From positions 930,001-994,000 of the forward strand of contig CP142726.1 of NCBI GenBank assembly GCA_036630325.1: 64,000 nucleotides of DNA, written 5' to 3'. A program made the translations under genes and the position numbers. This DNA is from Vairimorpha necatrix. Its lineage: Eukaryota. This document shows, piece by piece, positions 44,846 to 56,025 of the stretch (the first letter of the stretch is position 1; each line of letters begins with the position of its first letter). The notes under the pieces are model-generated. The model was given only the letters and a program-made list of their open reading frames with translations, was not told the origin of the DNA and did no database searches.

Positions 44846-47558
44846 AATATATAAAGCCAATTTGACTTATTTTTTATAACATAAAATGTCAACTTATTAA
44901 ATTATATTAAACTATTTATTCTCTTTTTTTTTCTTACGAGTTATTCTTTCTCTAATTATTTCAATCTTCGAATTATATTTGTCTAGTGATCTTATCTCAT
45001 ATTTACCTAATCTAGATCTGTCCACATCTCGCAATAAAAGTGTAAGTTTCTTGTTAATTAAAATTAAATCACGCATTATTTATTTTTTTGAGATTCAATT
45101 TATTTTTTATTTATGTTGTTTTAGAAATGAAAAAAAAACAAAAAAATAAAACAAATAACGTATATAGATAGCCCATTTAAATAATAAGTGATATATTTAA
45201 TAAGTAATAATTTTTTTAATTAATTAAAATTTTGTTTAATTTATTTTTTGCATAAACGAATTAATAAGCCAGTAAAATAGTAAAAAAACTAAAGAAGTTT
45301 TTTAAAAAATAAAATAAAAAAATTTTATATATTGGGCTGTAAATATATATTATTTTTTACGAAAAAAAATGTTTTGTAGTCAGGATACGAAAAATTAAGC
45401 GACCAAACATATCAAAATATCATAAAAATAGCTTATATTAAAAATATAGTAAATTCAGTATAGATATGGGGAAAAACACAATATAGTTATATTTTATAAT
45501 ATAAAAAACGTAATATGCGTCATTAAACGAAGATTTTGAATGACAAAAAAAAAATTTTTTAAAAAACAATATTGAGTTTAGATAAACATAAAATCTTTGA
45601 TAAAAGTTAAGCTAATAACGAATTTAAGATAATTAATCATACAAATCAAGTTCTAAAAAATTAAAATATCTCAGTTTATCAGAGTTCAATTTTACAATTA
45701 TAAATTACATAACTTAAAAAAAAAATTATTAATATATCAAGATTTTCGATGATAAGTCTTTTAATATATTACTGAATATGGTATAAACTACATAATATCT
45801 TTTAATTTTAAAGTTATTAAACAATATCAAATTAAATTTCTACTATTACAAAAGTAGCGATATACAAAGGCTCTTGTAGTGGTCTGTTATAATGACAAAT
45901 AAGACTCACTGAAATGCAAAAAAAAATCAAACTTAAAATAAGTATTTGGATTTTTTAATTAATGTAAAAAACAAAACTAAAACATATTTGAGGTTCTTGT
46001 AAACGCTACTTTTGTTATTTTATCTCTTGTAAGTTTTTACAAAATCATGTCTTGTAAACTTCCCTCTGTAAAAAGCTCTGCGTTTTATATGCAATTTGAT
46101 ACAAAGATAGCTAAAACACTATATTTACATCGTGTCAAGAACATTAAAAGCAGATACAACAATAGATTAGGCTTTGATTGCACAATAAAAACATCATTAT
46201 GTAGAAATCAAGGTCTTTTATTATCATCTGAAGCCTATATCATTTATAGCTCGGGCACATCATCAATTTTGCCTTTCATATTGCGTAGATTCTGTATCGC
46301 AAAGGTTTTGTTCTCCATAAACAATAAAAAAACTTCAATCTCAAACTAACAGTTTTACTCTCTATCCAAGCATTTAACTAAAGTAGACCTCTAAAATTTC
46401 AAAACAAAGTTGGCTTTTGGTAATTTTGAACTTTTAATAAATAAATTTTGATTTTAATAAAATTATTGTTTCGAATGCGTTTTTGTGGTATTAATATAAG
46501 TCCAATTGTGCCTAAACACATAAGATTCATAGTCTAGACTAAAGATTCCCGTGCACACACTTCATCGTCTTGAAATGATTTTACATTACTTAAAAAAATT
46601 AAACTGCTATGTTAAATATCGAGCATTCTTCTTTGTATATCGGCGCAATATTTTCGAATTTTATAACGAATTTTGTATCGACTAAAGTTTTAAGTCTTAA
46701 GCTACTTTACACTAGTCAATTTAAATATAAAACAAGCATTGCACGCTGTGCAGAACAATTATATATGAGGGAACTATAGAAAGCTACTTCTTCACTATTT
46801 AAACTTAACTTATATATAATTAATTCGCCATTTTCTTACATATCTCCAAATTCGTGTTTTGTTTTTTTTTAGTTATAGTACAATAATAACCTGACATGTA
46901 AAGACAGACATATTGCAATGATATATTCAATCAGAATGTAGTATGAAAACAAACATAAAAGTTGCACATTGTAAAAAAAAATTATTGTTTACTAAAATTG
47001 GAATGTCTGGTGAAATTTTATTTCGTATAATTATAAATTACTACATAATTTTTATCTGAAATTAAAAATAATACTGAGAGCTATTCTTAATTCGGACAAC
47101 GAGTCTATATATTGCTTATTTAATATACGCCTGATTATTTCTATGGACAAAATATTTTATGATACATGAACCGGTTCAAGCAAGATATAAGATCAAATAA
47201 GATGTGTATTGTTTGCTCTACGTGTTCAAGAAAAAAATTAGCATAAAACGATTTACTTTGAACCTTTTTTTTCCTGTATAAGTACAGTGAAATAATATTT
47301 CTCCAACGATACTTGGGAGTATAAATAAAGCGAAATGACGATTATATCAATGCAAAATAATAATTAAAAAAAATTAGTTTTTTATTTAAATACTTTATTT
47401 TTTTAGGTTTTTATAAACCTTTGTTTTTAATATATTGTGATATATTTGTATAATTTCTATCCCCCATTATGATAAATAAAGACATATATTTAAATTTTTT
47501 TCAATTTATCTGCTGTTGCTGTTTCTGCTTAAATGTCACATCGTTTTTTATTTTGTTG

Positions 47559-49244
47559 TTATTGTGTAGATTCTACTATTTTTTCCTTAATATCTTCGAA
47601 AATTTTGTCCTGAATATCATTTAAGTTAATAAATTCTTTGATCCTTTTCCCTCTAAAACTATCTCTTTTCCCTTCTTTAATTTCATAAATGCTATTTTCG
47701 GGTTCTTCAAATAATTTTAATAACAACTCTACACATTGTTTAGAATTTTTATTGTATTGTTTTATATCTCTCAATCCGCTATAAACTTCTCTACATATTT
47801 TTGTTAAGTAGCCCACATTTTTTTTCATTTTATCTTTTTTTCTTTTGATTTTTGGTCTAATCGATAATGCATCTATTAAAATAATATTTCTTATTTCATT
47901 AAGGGTTTTGAATATTGTATTTTTAACTTCAATGTTGTCTCTAATAATATTTTCACCTTCAAAAAAGAAACAAAACTTTATCATACATTTAATAAATTGA
48001 TTTTTATCTTTGCTTGATAAATATTGAACTACGGCTTCTGTTAATTTATTTTTTTCTGTTTGATCTAAATATTTATCTTTTGTTATTATTTCTACGTTGT
48101 TTAAAATTTTTTTATCTAAATTTAAACAAATATGTTTAAAAAATATATTTATGGCCGAATCTTCTTTATCTAAAATTTTGTTTATAAAAAATTTAACTAA
48201 ATTGCTAGTTTCTAAAAATTTATATAACACACCAATGTATTCATGCCAATTCTTTTTGTTTTTCGATATAAATTTTAAAATTTTACAAAAATCGTTAAAG
48301 CATTCTCTACTGATATGTGTGATATTTTTTCCAGATTTTGTATCATTTTTGTATGAATAAATATATGTTCCTTTTGATTGTTTAAATACTATTTTCTTTG
48401 TCTTTATATTGATTTTAAATAATAAATCTTTGTTTTTGATCATATTCTTTTTTATAGTCGTAGATTTATAGAATTTATATTTTTTTCTTTCTCTAGATCC
48501 AAGAAACTCAAACAACTCGTTTACATGCTTGTTTAGCTCTTTTTTCTTTTCATCGTCACTATAATATTTATCAAGAGTGTTACTACATTTAACAGTAAAA
48601 TCTTTATCATATACTTCAAAAAAATAACTTACATCGTCTTTGTAAAATTCAATTGTAAAGCAGTAGAACTGCTTTTTCAGTTTAGAAGAATCTTTGAAAA
48701 CATTTAAACAATCAGAACTTTGCGAATAAATCATACTTTCGTCTCTATCTATAATTCTTCTCTTCAGTAAACATTTATCTTCAAAAATAAAATCGTAATA
48801 TAATTCTGTTCTTCTAACAACTTTTCTGTTTAGATTTATTTTTTTTATATGTGTTATAAGATCATTCATAATTTTATAATTTTCTATCTCGTTTTGTTTA
48901 TATATAAAAATAATGCAATATTTGTTAATATTCATATCAATTTCATACAGCTTTTTCTCAATATCTTTGGCAATGTTTTCTATCTTTCTATATTCGTTTG
49001 TGGTCTCATCACTTTCATATATCAACGGAATATCAAAAATTCCAACGATTCCACCAAGATTCACTACAACACAACAATATGGACCAGAGTGAGAGATGGT
49101 CACTTTACAATATATTTCATTATAGTTAAAACATGTAAAATCTTTAATTTCTGTTTTCTTAGTGATGATATCTTTTAATAAGACTTGTAAATTTGTAATA
49201 TAATTTAGTGATATTATTGGTGATAAAATTATAAAAAATTTTAT
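47559..49244 (-). CDS. Putative secreted protein; canonical ATG missing
   Basis: Frame is open from 49244 (IKFFIILSPIISLNY..., signal-peptide-like) directly after ACCCAT; about 560 codons. Confidence 0.65.
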   Translation of the reverse strand: MKFFIILSPIISLNYITNLQVLLKDIITKKTEIKDFTCFNYNEIYCKVTISHSGPYCCVVVNLGGIVGIFDIPLIYESDETTNEYRKIENIAKDIEKKLYEIDMNINKYCIIFIYKQNEIENYKIMNDLITHIKKINLNRKVVRRTELYYDFIFEDKCLLKRRIIDRDESMIYSQSSDCLNVFKDSSKLKKQFYCFTIEFYKDDVSYFFEVYDKDFTVKCSNTLDKYYSDDEKKKELNKHVNELFEFLGSRERKKYKFYKSTTIKKNMIKNKDLLFKINIKTKKIVFKQSKGTYIYSYKNDTKSGKNITHISRECFNDFCKILKFISKNKKNWHEYIGVLYKFLETSNLVKFFINKILDKEDSAINIFFKHICLNLDKKILNNVEIITKDKYLDQTEKNKLTEAVVQYLSSKDKNQFIKCMIKFCFFFEGENIIRDNIEVKNTIFKTLNEIRNIILIDALSIRPKIKRKKDKMKKNVGYLTKICREVYSGLRDIKQYNKNSKQCVELLLKLFEEPENSIYEIKEGKRDSFRGKRIKEFINLNDIQDKIFEDIKEKIVESTQ

Positions 49245-51514
49245 ATGGGTAAAAAAAAATAATTATTTATATTTTTTTTAAATTAAATTTTCCGTTTAAA
49301 AACGTAAATAGATTATGTCCAATGATATGTATCTCCTTTAATCTTCATAAGTTTAGTATTGAAAAATAAGAATATTAAAAGGAGAAATTTTTATTTTAAA
49401 TAAAAAACGTATATATGATTAATTTACGCAATTTGTAAATGATTGTAACTAAAACTTAAAAATTTTATAAGCTCAATCCATAACACTTTTTTTGATTTTT
49501 AGTCTTCAACGTTTCTAAAGATTTGAAAATAGGCTTAAAAAGATATAAAAACGTTTTTGATGATATTTTGAAACTTAGTTAAAAATAACATAAAAATATT
49601 ATTTAAACAACCTATATGTACGCTATTATAATAGTCAAATTGAAGCATTAAATTATAACAAAATAAGAATAATAGAAGTTGTTTTAAAACTTTAATGTCT
49701 TAAAAGAATAACACTTATAAGAAAATTCTTTTTATAATAAAGTAAAAGTAGATGATAATAATAAAATCAAATTGTACAAATTACGGAAGGGCTTATATGT
49801 ATAAATTTTATTTTTCCATGTTTTATGCGTGGAATAAAAAAAAATAACAAAAAAATAGGACAATATGGCTTATTTAAAACATGGCCATTGTTTGTATGAA
49901 AAAATAATAGTACCGAAATGGGTTAATTGAAACATGAATGCTTTAAATTTTTGATATTTATTGATCAATCAGTCATTGCCATCAAAAACGTTTTGAAACG
50001 TTTGACAGGCAATGTATAATTTCGAAGAAATATAATATTGCTCAAAAATGTATTCGTATCATTTATATAAGTTTTGAGTCATATTTTATACTTTTACTTT
50101 TATTAAAAAAATTTGGAATTTTTTAAAAAGATGCAGAGTTTTCTGTTATGCTCATTTAGTTATTAAATTATATTAATTTATTCGCAACATGTAAAGTAAC
50201 AACATCGGGAAAACGACAAAACAGAAACTAAAATATTTGAGCGCGTTTCGAATAACAATATGCTGCAAATATTTAATGTCTGCCCATTTTAATTGTAATC
50301 AGATTATATCTAGCTATAAATGCTTAAACAATTTATTTAAAATTTTTAGATATTGTGACTTTTAGTTTGACAATTTGCCTTCTAAGTCATTTATTTACGT
50401 TCAAATTTAAGGACAAAAATTTTACCCATATTTTAGTATTTTCTGGCCGAAGCCGTGTTGTTGTAGGGGATTCTAACACTTTTAAGGATCTTAAATATAA
50501 TAGCTTTTTGTGTATATTTTTTTTTGTTACTACAAAGTGACATTTTTTTTTATCATAACTGAAAATAGCCCCTTGTCCTTTATTAAATATATATATAACT
50601 ACTTTCTTGAGTGGCCTTTATGCGTAGAATATACCCATTTAATATATTTGATTCTTAGATCATTTTATTCTATATAAGATTTTTTTAAAAAATCCTGAAA
50701 TTTTTTATAACTGTGTAAAAAAATTATTTTTATCTACAATGAAAATATACTTTAATACTAAAATGTAGTTTTAACAAATATCACTCCAAATTTTACGTAT
50801 TTATTCTTATTATAGTATGGAATCTAATAAAAATAAATTTTTCTGTATACGATCATCATAAGCAACTAATAAAATTAAATTTTGATCTTTTTAATCATCA
50901 TCATATATATAAAAGAATTTTATTTAATTTTTTACCCCTAAAACTCAAAAAAAGAGAAAATTTAAAATGGTAAAATTTTTGTTTTAAAACAAAATTAAAT
51001 GCTTTCATTGTATTTTATAGACAATTTTAGACCAGATACATTATTTATATTTTAATTATAAATCATTTTTGAAATTATTAGAAATATGATTTTCTCCTTT
51101 TTAATTTCTTCCTTTTAGAAAAAGAAAACAAAAACAATATGAAACAAAATGTATAAAAAATTGGTTACTAATGTGTGAAATTAACTCAGTTGAATTTATA
51201 TTTGTTTCTGAATTAACTTTACCACTGCAATGTTGGTTCAATAATATACTTAACTTCTAAAAAATACATTGTTCCTTTTTAATTCTTCCTTTCAGAAATG
51301 TAAAATCAAAAATCAAAACAAGAAACAAACATTAAAAAGATGATTTACAAACATTAGAAATTTATCAACTGACTTACAAACTCAATTAAATAATATTTAG
51401 ACTAATATCAATGCTATTTATAAAAAATCATTTTCTCATTTTTGTTTTCTTCTTTCCCAAAATGGAATTTTAATTTTAAAAACTATAAATACTTTTTTTT
51501 TCTTTACCCCCATT

Positions 51515-54500
51515 ATGTTTACGAAAAATCAAACAAATTGCGATTTTAGTGAACAACCAAAAGCAACTATCACTATCTCTCAGGAGATATGTAGTAATAC
51601 TGAAAATGACAATGTTATTTTCTATGGGGCCAATGCCTCTGTACATAACACAAAAAATAAAAAAACAAATGTCGGTGAAACAAAAAAAAGGAATTTTATA
51701 TTCAGTTTCTCTGGCGAAAACAAAACAATTCTTAATCCAACAAACAACACAGAAAAAACAGCTAGATTAGCAGACAACACAACAATAGAAACCTTGACAG
51801 AAAAACTAGATGTAGCTTGCAGAATCATAAGCAGAAACCATGCTGAACATTATTGTGGAGATTTGAAAGAAGAATGTGGCTTTTGTGGTGCATTACATTT
51901 TGCTGGAGAAGCAAGCAGCAATGGATTATACAAAAGCTGCTGTCATTTTGGGAAAGTCAAATTACAAAGAACAAGAGACTTTCCAGATGACATTAAGAAT
52001 TTATATATAGGAAAAAATAAAGATGCAAAAAACTTCAGAGACAATATTAGGTCCTACAATGCTGCTCTTTCTTTTGCTTCTCTTGGTGCTCAAATAGAAA
52101 CTGTATCCAATGGACCATATGTATTTAAAATACATGGTCAAGTGTATCATAACACTTATAATGTAAATAATATGGACTCTAATGCACCAAAGAAGTATGC
52201 TCAATTATATGTAGTAGATAGTGATATGGCAAATGTTCAAAGAATGATGAATCCATCTAATAGAAATTGTGATATATATATCATGAGCAAATTAGATGGA
52301 TTTATAAGATCTGCTAATCCATATTCCAATGCGTATAAAAATATGTCTGAAATAGTAAAGGAGCAAAAGGAAATGGGGAAAGAAGTTAAAGACATTTCTA
52401 TGGTCTTTAATAAGAATTTAGAAAGAGATCAGAGAAGATATAACGCTCCCTCTACAAGTGAAATCGCAATGATTTTCACTGATCCAAATGGAGAACCACC
52501 ATTTGAGAGGGACATTAAAGTATATAGCAAGGGTCTTAGTTCTGATAATTTACATTTGGATGTTTTAAGTCCCCATCTAGATCCCATGACATATACTTTG
52601 TTCTATCCATATGGGGAAGCTGGGTGGAATGCAAATTTAAGGATTGAGTCTTATCATGGGGAATCACAGAAGATATCTTTACTACAATATAAAGTAGCAC
52701 AAATATCTATAAGAAAAGATAAGTTCAATCCTTTACTCTATGGAGGGAAGTTGTTTCAACAATGGATTGTAGATTCATATCTACAAGTAGAAGCAAACAA
52801 CTTAAACTTCATAAAGTTAAATCAGAAGACGTTGAGAGTAGATCTTTACAAAGGCTTAGTAGATTATGTAAATAATGGAATAGAAAGTAATGCTAAGCCT
52901 GTAATTTTACCATCAAGTTTCCAAGGATCTCCAAGAAATATGAGAGAGAGATACCATGATGCAATGTCAATTGTAAGAAATTTCGGAAAGCCCGATCTTT
53001 TCATTACTATGACTTGCAATCCAAATTGGAAGGAGATAAAGGAGAATCTATTTGAGGGACAAACTGCAGTTGATAGGCCTGATTTGGTAGCAAAGGTCTT
53101 CAACTTAAAATTAAAAAGCATGATGGAGGAGATTTTGTCAGGAAGAGTATTTGGGGAAGTTGAGGCTCATGTCTATTCTATTGAGTTTCAGAAACGTGGA
53201 CTTCCTCATGCTCACATATTGATAATGTTAAAGGATAAGATTCGGGATGAAGAAAGAATAGATAAGTATGTGAGTGCAGAAATACCATCACCCATGGACA
53301 ATGAGATGTTACACAACTGTGTAACAAAACATATGATTCATGGACCATGTGGACTAAGTAACTTGACAAGTCCATGCATGGAAAATGGTGTCTGCACGAA
53401 AGAATATCCCAAAGAATATAACTTTGAAACAAAGATAAATAATGACGGATATCCTGAATACCGAAGAATAAGAGGGACCGAGTACAATGTAAGGGGAAAC
53501 ATTGTTACTAATGCTAACGTGGTCCCCTATAATGCTTATTTGCTTGAAAAATACAACTGTCATATCAATGTAGAAGTTTGTACTTCTATCAAGTCAGTAA
53601 AGTATATTTTCAAGTATATTTACAAGGGATTTGATTGTGCAGAAATGAGAATAACCGACAACAATGAAATTGATCATTTTGTGAATTCCAGATATGTTTC
53701 AGCACCAGAGGCTACCTGGAGATTAATGGAATACAAGATGCATGGGAGATCTCATAAGATCCATAGACTTCCTGTGCATCTTCCACAAGAACACTTGATC
53801 ACTTTCGAAGAAGGGAAAGAAGAGGAAGCTGTTAGATTATCTGATCTTAGACAGACTCCTCTTTTAGCCTACTTCAAGTTGAATGAAGTTGATGAAGAGG
53901 CAAATCAATTTGCATATAGTGAGATACCCTATCACTATACATATAAAAGGGGAGAATGGATAAGGAGAAAGAATAAGTACAGCAAGATAATTACTAGACT
54001 TTATTCTGTATCTCCTACAGAGAAGGAAAGATTTAGCCTCAGAGTCCTATTGATCAATGTAAAGGGGGCTAGATCATATGATGATTTGAGAACTGTAAAT
54101 GGTATAGTTTATAGTTCTTTTGCAGAAGCGGTTGAAGAAAGAGGACTTCTTCAAGATGACAAAGAATGGGAAAGGGCTTTGGATGAGGCAGTAGCAACCG
54201 AATCCCCAGCAATAATAAGAGCATTGTTTGGATATATTTGTGCTTTTAATAAGCCAAAAAATACCAAAAAACTCTTTGATAAGTATCTTGGAGATATGTC
54301 TGAAGATCTAGATCAGAATAGTAGAGACGAAGTTATTAGTAGATTAAAAGATATAGTTAATGCTCATGGATGGAGTCTAAATGCTCTGGGTTTAGATGAG
54401 CCGATTAACTATATCGTGAAGGCAAAAACTATCTCTGATAATGGAAAAGATCTAGATCAGATGATCTCCTCTTTAAATGCAAAGCAGAGGGATGCTTTTG

Positions 54501-55819
54501 ATAAAATAACAGATAATATTGATAAAAAGGGCAATTTATTCTTTTTAGATGGACCAGCAGGATCGGGGAAGACATATCTATATAATGTCCTGACCGAGTA
54601 TTTAAACAAGAATAAAAAATCTTCAATACAGATGGCAACCACAGGTATTGCTGCAGATTTATTAAAGGATGGAAGAACAATGCATAGTTGTATGAAACTT
54701 CCTGTTCCTTTGACAGAGACCAGCGTATCTAGATTAAAAAGAAATACTCCCGAAGCAGAGAAAATAATAAAGGCCTCTTTATTGCTAATAGATGAAGTTT
54801 CAATGATGTCAAAACATGCATTGAACGCAATAGATGAGGTGCTTAAAAGACTCTGTAACAATGATGATATCTTCGGAGGGAAAACTCTATTGTTGGGTGG
54901 TGATTTTAGACAGACATCAACCATTGTAATGAAGGGTACTCCAAATGATATCATCGAGAACTCATTAATTAGTTCAAGGCTTTGGGTACATGTCTGTGTA
55001 CTGAAGCTTGAAACGAATATGAGATCTTACAATCAATTGGAGTTTAATAAGTGGTTGTTAGATATAGGTGAGGGGCGTACTAGAGATAGTAAAGGATGTG
55101 TGGAGATACCCAAAGAATATCTTGAAGAAGGGGACATAGTCGATAGCATTTTTGGAACAACCAAAATTGAAGCAGGTGATGATTCTTTGTTTGATAAGAT
55201 TATCTTAACAAGCAAAAATGAACATGCAAATGAATTGAATGCCAAAGTGTTAAACCTACTTAATGGATCTTCTAGGGTATATGTGAGTTCTGATGCTATA
55301 GAATCAGAGGATATCGAAGAACAACTGAGATTTCCTCTTGAGTTCTTGAACATGCAACAGCCATCAGGACTTCCTCCACATAAGTTAGTACTGAAGATAG
55401 GGGCAATAGTGATGTTGTTACGCAATATTGATCCTAAGAATGGATTATTAAATGGGACCAGATTGAAGATAAAAAGTCTCAGAGATAATTACATCTTAGG
55501 TGAAATAATAACAGGAAGGGGAAGGGGCACCCTTGCTGTTATACCAAAGATAGACATGATGCCAAGTGACACTCTTCTTCCGTTTGTACTTAAAAGAAGA
55601 CAGTTTCCTGTGGTATTGTCATATGCTATGACAATACATAAAGCACAGGGACAGTCTTTTGACAAAGTGGGAGTGTATTTGCCTGAGGATGTATTTTCTC
55701 ATGGTCAATTATACGTAGCTTTGTCAAGAGTGAAGAAGAGTGAAAACTTGAGAGTCAAGTTGGGGGGAAACGGGGGCAATGTCAAAAATGTAGTTCTACG
55801 TGAACTAATTGGCCCATAA
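51515..55819 (+). CDS. Helitron Rep/helicase (HUH endonuclease plus PIF1 helicase), intact
   Basis: FITMTCNP, EFQKRGLPHAH, YIFKYIYK; GPAGSGKT, DEVSM, GGDFRQ, TIHKAQGQS, HGQLYVALSR; 1434 aa uninterrupted. Confidence 0.97.
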   Translation: MFTKNQTNCDFSEQPKATITISQEICSNTENDNVIFYGANASVHNTKNKKTNVGETKKRNFIFSFSGENKTILNPTNNTEKTARLADNTTIETLTEKLDVACRIISRNHAEHYCGDLKEECGFCGALHFAGEASSNGLYKSCCHFGKVKLQRTRDFPDDIKNLYIGKNKDAKNFRDNIRSYNAALSFASLGAQIETVSNGPYVFKIHGQVYHNTYNVNNMDSNAPKKYAQLYVVDSDMANVQRMMNPSNRNCDIYIMSKLDGFIRSANPYSNAYKNMSEIVKEQKEMGKEVKDISMVFNKNLERDQRRYNAPSTSEIAMIFTDPNGEPPFERDIKVYSKGLSSDNLHLDVLSPHLDPMTYTLFYPYGEAGWNANLRIESYHGESQKISLLQYKVAQISIRKDKFNPLLYGGKLFQQWIVDSYLQVEANNLNFIKLNQKTLRVDLYKGLVDYVNNGIESNAKPVILPSSFQGSPRNMRERYHDAMSIVRNFGKPDLFITMTCNPNWKEIKENLFEGQTAVDRPDLVAKVFNLKLKSMMEEILSGRVFGEVEAHVYSIEFQKRGLPHAHILIMLKDKIRDEERIDKYVSAEIPSPMDNEMLHNCVTKHMIHGPCGLSNLTSPCMENGVCTKEYPKEYNFETKINNDGYPEYRRIRGTEYNVRGNIVTNANVVPYNAYLLEKYNCHINVEVCTSIKSVKYIFKYIYKGFDCAEMRITDNNEIDHFVNSRYVSAPEATWRLMEYKMHGRSHKIHRLPVHLPQEHLITFEEGKEEEAVRLSDLRQTPLLAYFKLNEVDEEANQFAYSEIPYHYTYKRGEWIRRKNKYSKIITRLYSVSPTEKERFSLRVLLINVKGARSYDDLRTVNGIVYSSFAEAVEERGLLQDDKEWERALDEAVATESPAIIRALFGYICAFNKPKNTKKLFDKYLGDMSEDLDQNSRDEVISRLKDIVNAHGWSLNALGLDEPINYIVKAKTISDNGKDLDQMISSLNAKQRDAFDKITDNIDKKGNLFFLDGPAGSGKTYLYNVLTEYLNKNKKSSIQMATTGIAADLLKDGRTMHSCMKLPVPLTETSVSRLKRNTPEAEKIIKASLLLIDEVSMMSKHALNAIDEVLKRLCNNDDIFGGKTLLLGGDFRQTSTIVMKGTPNDIIENSLISSRLWVHVCVLKLETNMRSYNQLEFNKWLLDIGEGRTRDSKGCVEIPKEYLEEGDIVDSIFGTTKIEAGDDSLFDKIILTSKNEHANELNAKVLNLLNGSSRVYVSSDAIESEDIEEQLRFPLEFLNMQQPSGLPPHKLVLKIGAIVMLLRNIDPKNGLLNGTRLKIKSLRDNYILGEIITGRGRGTLAVIPKIDMMPSDTLLPFVLKRRQFPVVLSYAMTIHKAQGQSFDKVGVYLPEDVFSHGQLYVALSRVKKSENLRVKLGGNGGNVKNVVLRELIGP

Positions 55820-55827
55820 GAGCCAAG

Positions 55828-55937
55828 AGATGGAGAAATGCGCCGTGAGCGTACAAGAACTATGCCATTTTTTCCACAAAAACAAGATAAAAGATGGTAA
55901 AATGCGCCGTGAGCGTACAAAAACTATGCCATTTTTT
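55828..55937 (+). repeat. Two 46-bp direct repeats in the Helitron 3' region
   Basis: AGATGG..AAATGCGCCGTGAGCGTACAA.AACTATGCCATTTTTT at 55828 and 55892. Confidence 0.9.
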
Positions 55938-56025
55938 TAAAGAATAAATATAATGTGATAAAATTAAAACATGTACCAATGCAAACACAAACAACCCGTT
56001 CTAAGAACGGGTCTGTATACACTAG

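Larger units (their letters stand above)
50901..56025 (+). mobile_element. Autonomous Helitron
   Basis: 5' TC at 50901 after A; 3' hairpin ACCCGTTCT-A-AGAACGGGT (55994-56012) and CTAG at 56022-56025; encodes Rep-Hel. Confidence 0.96.
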
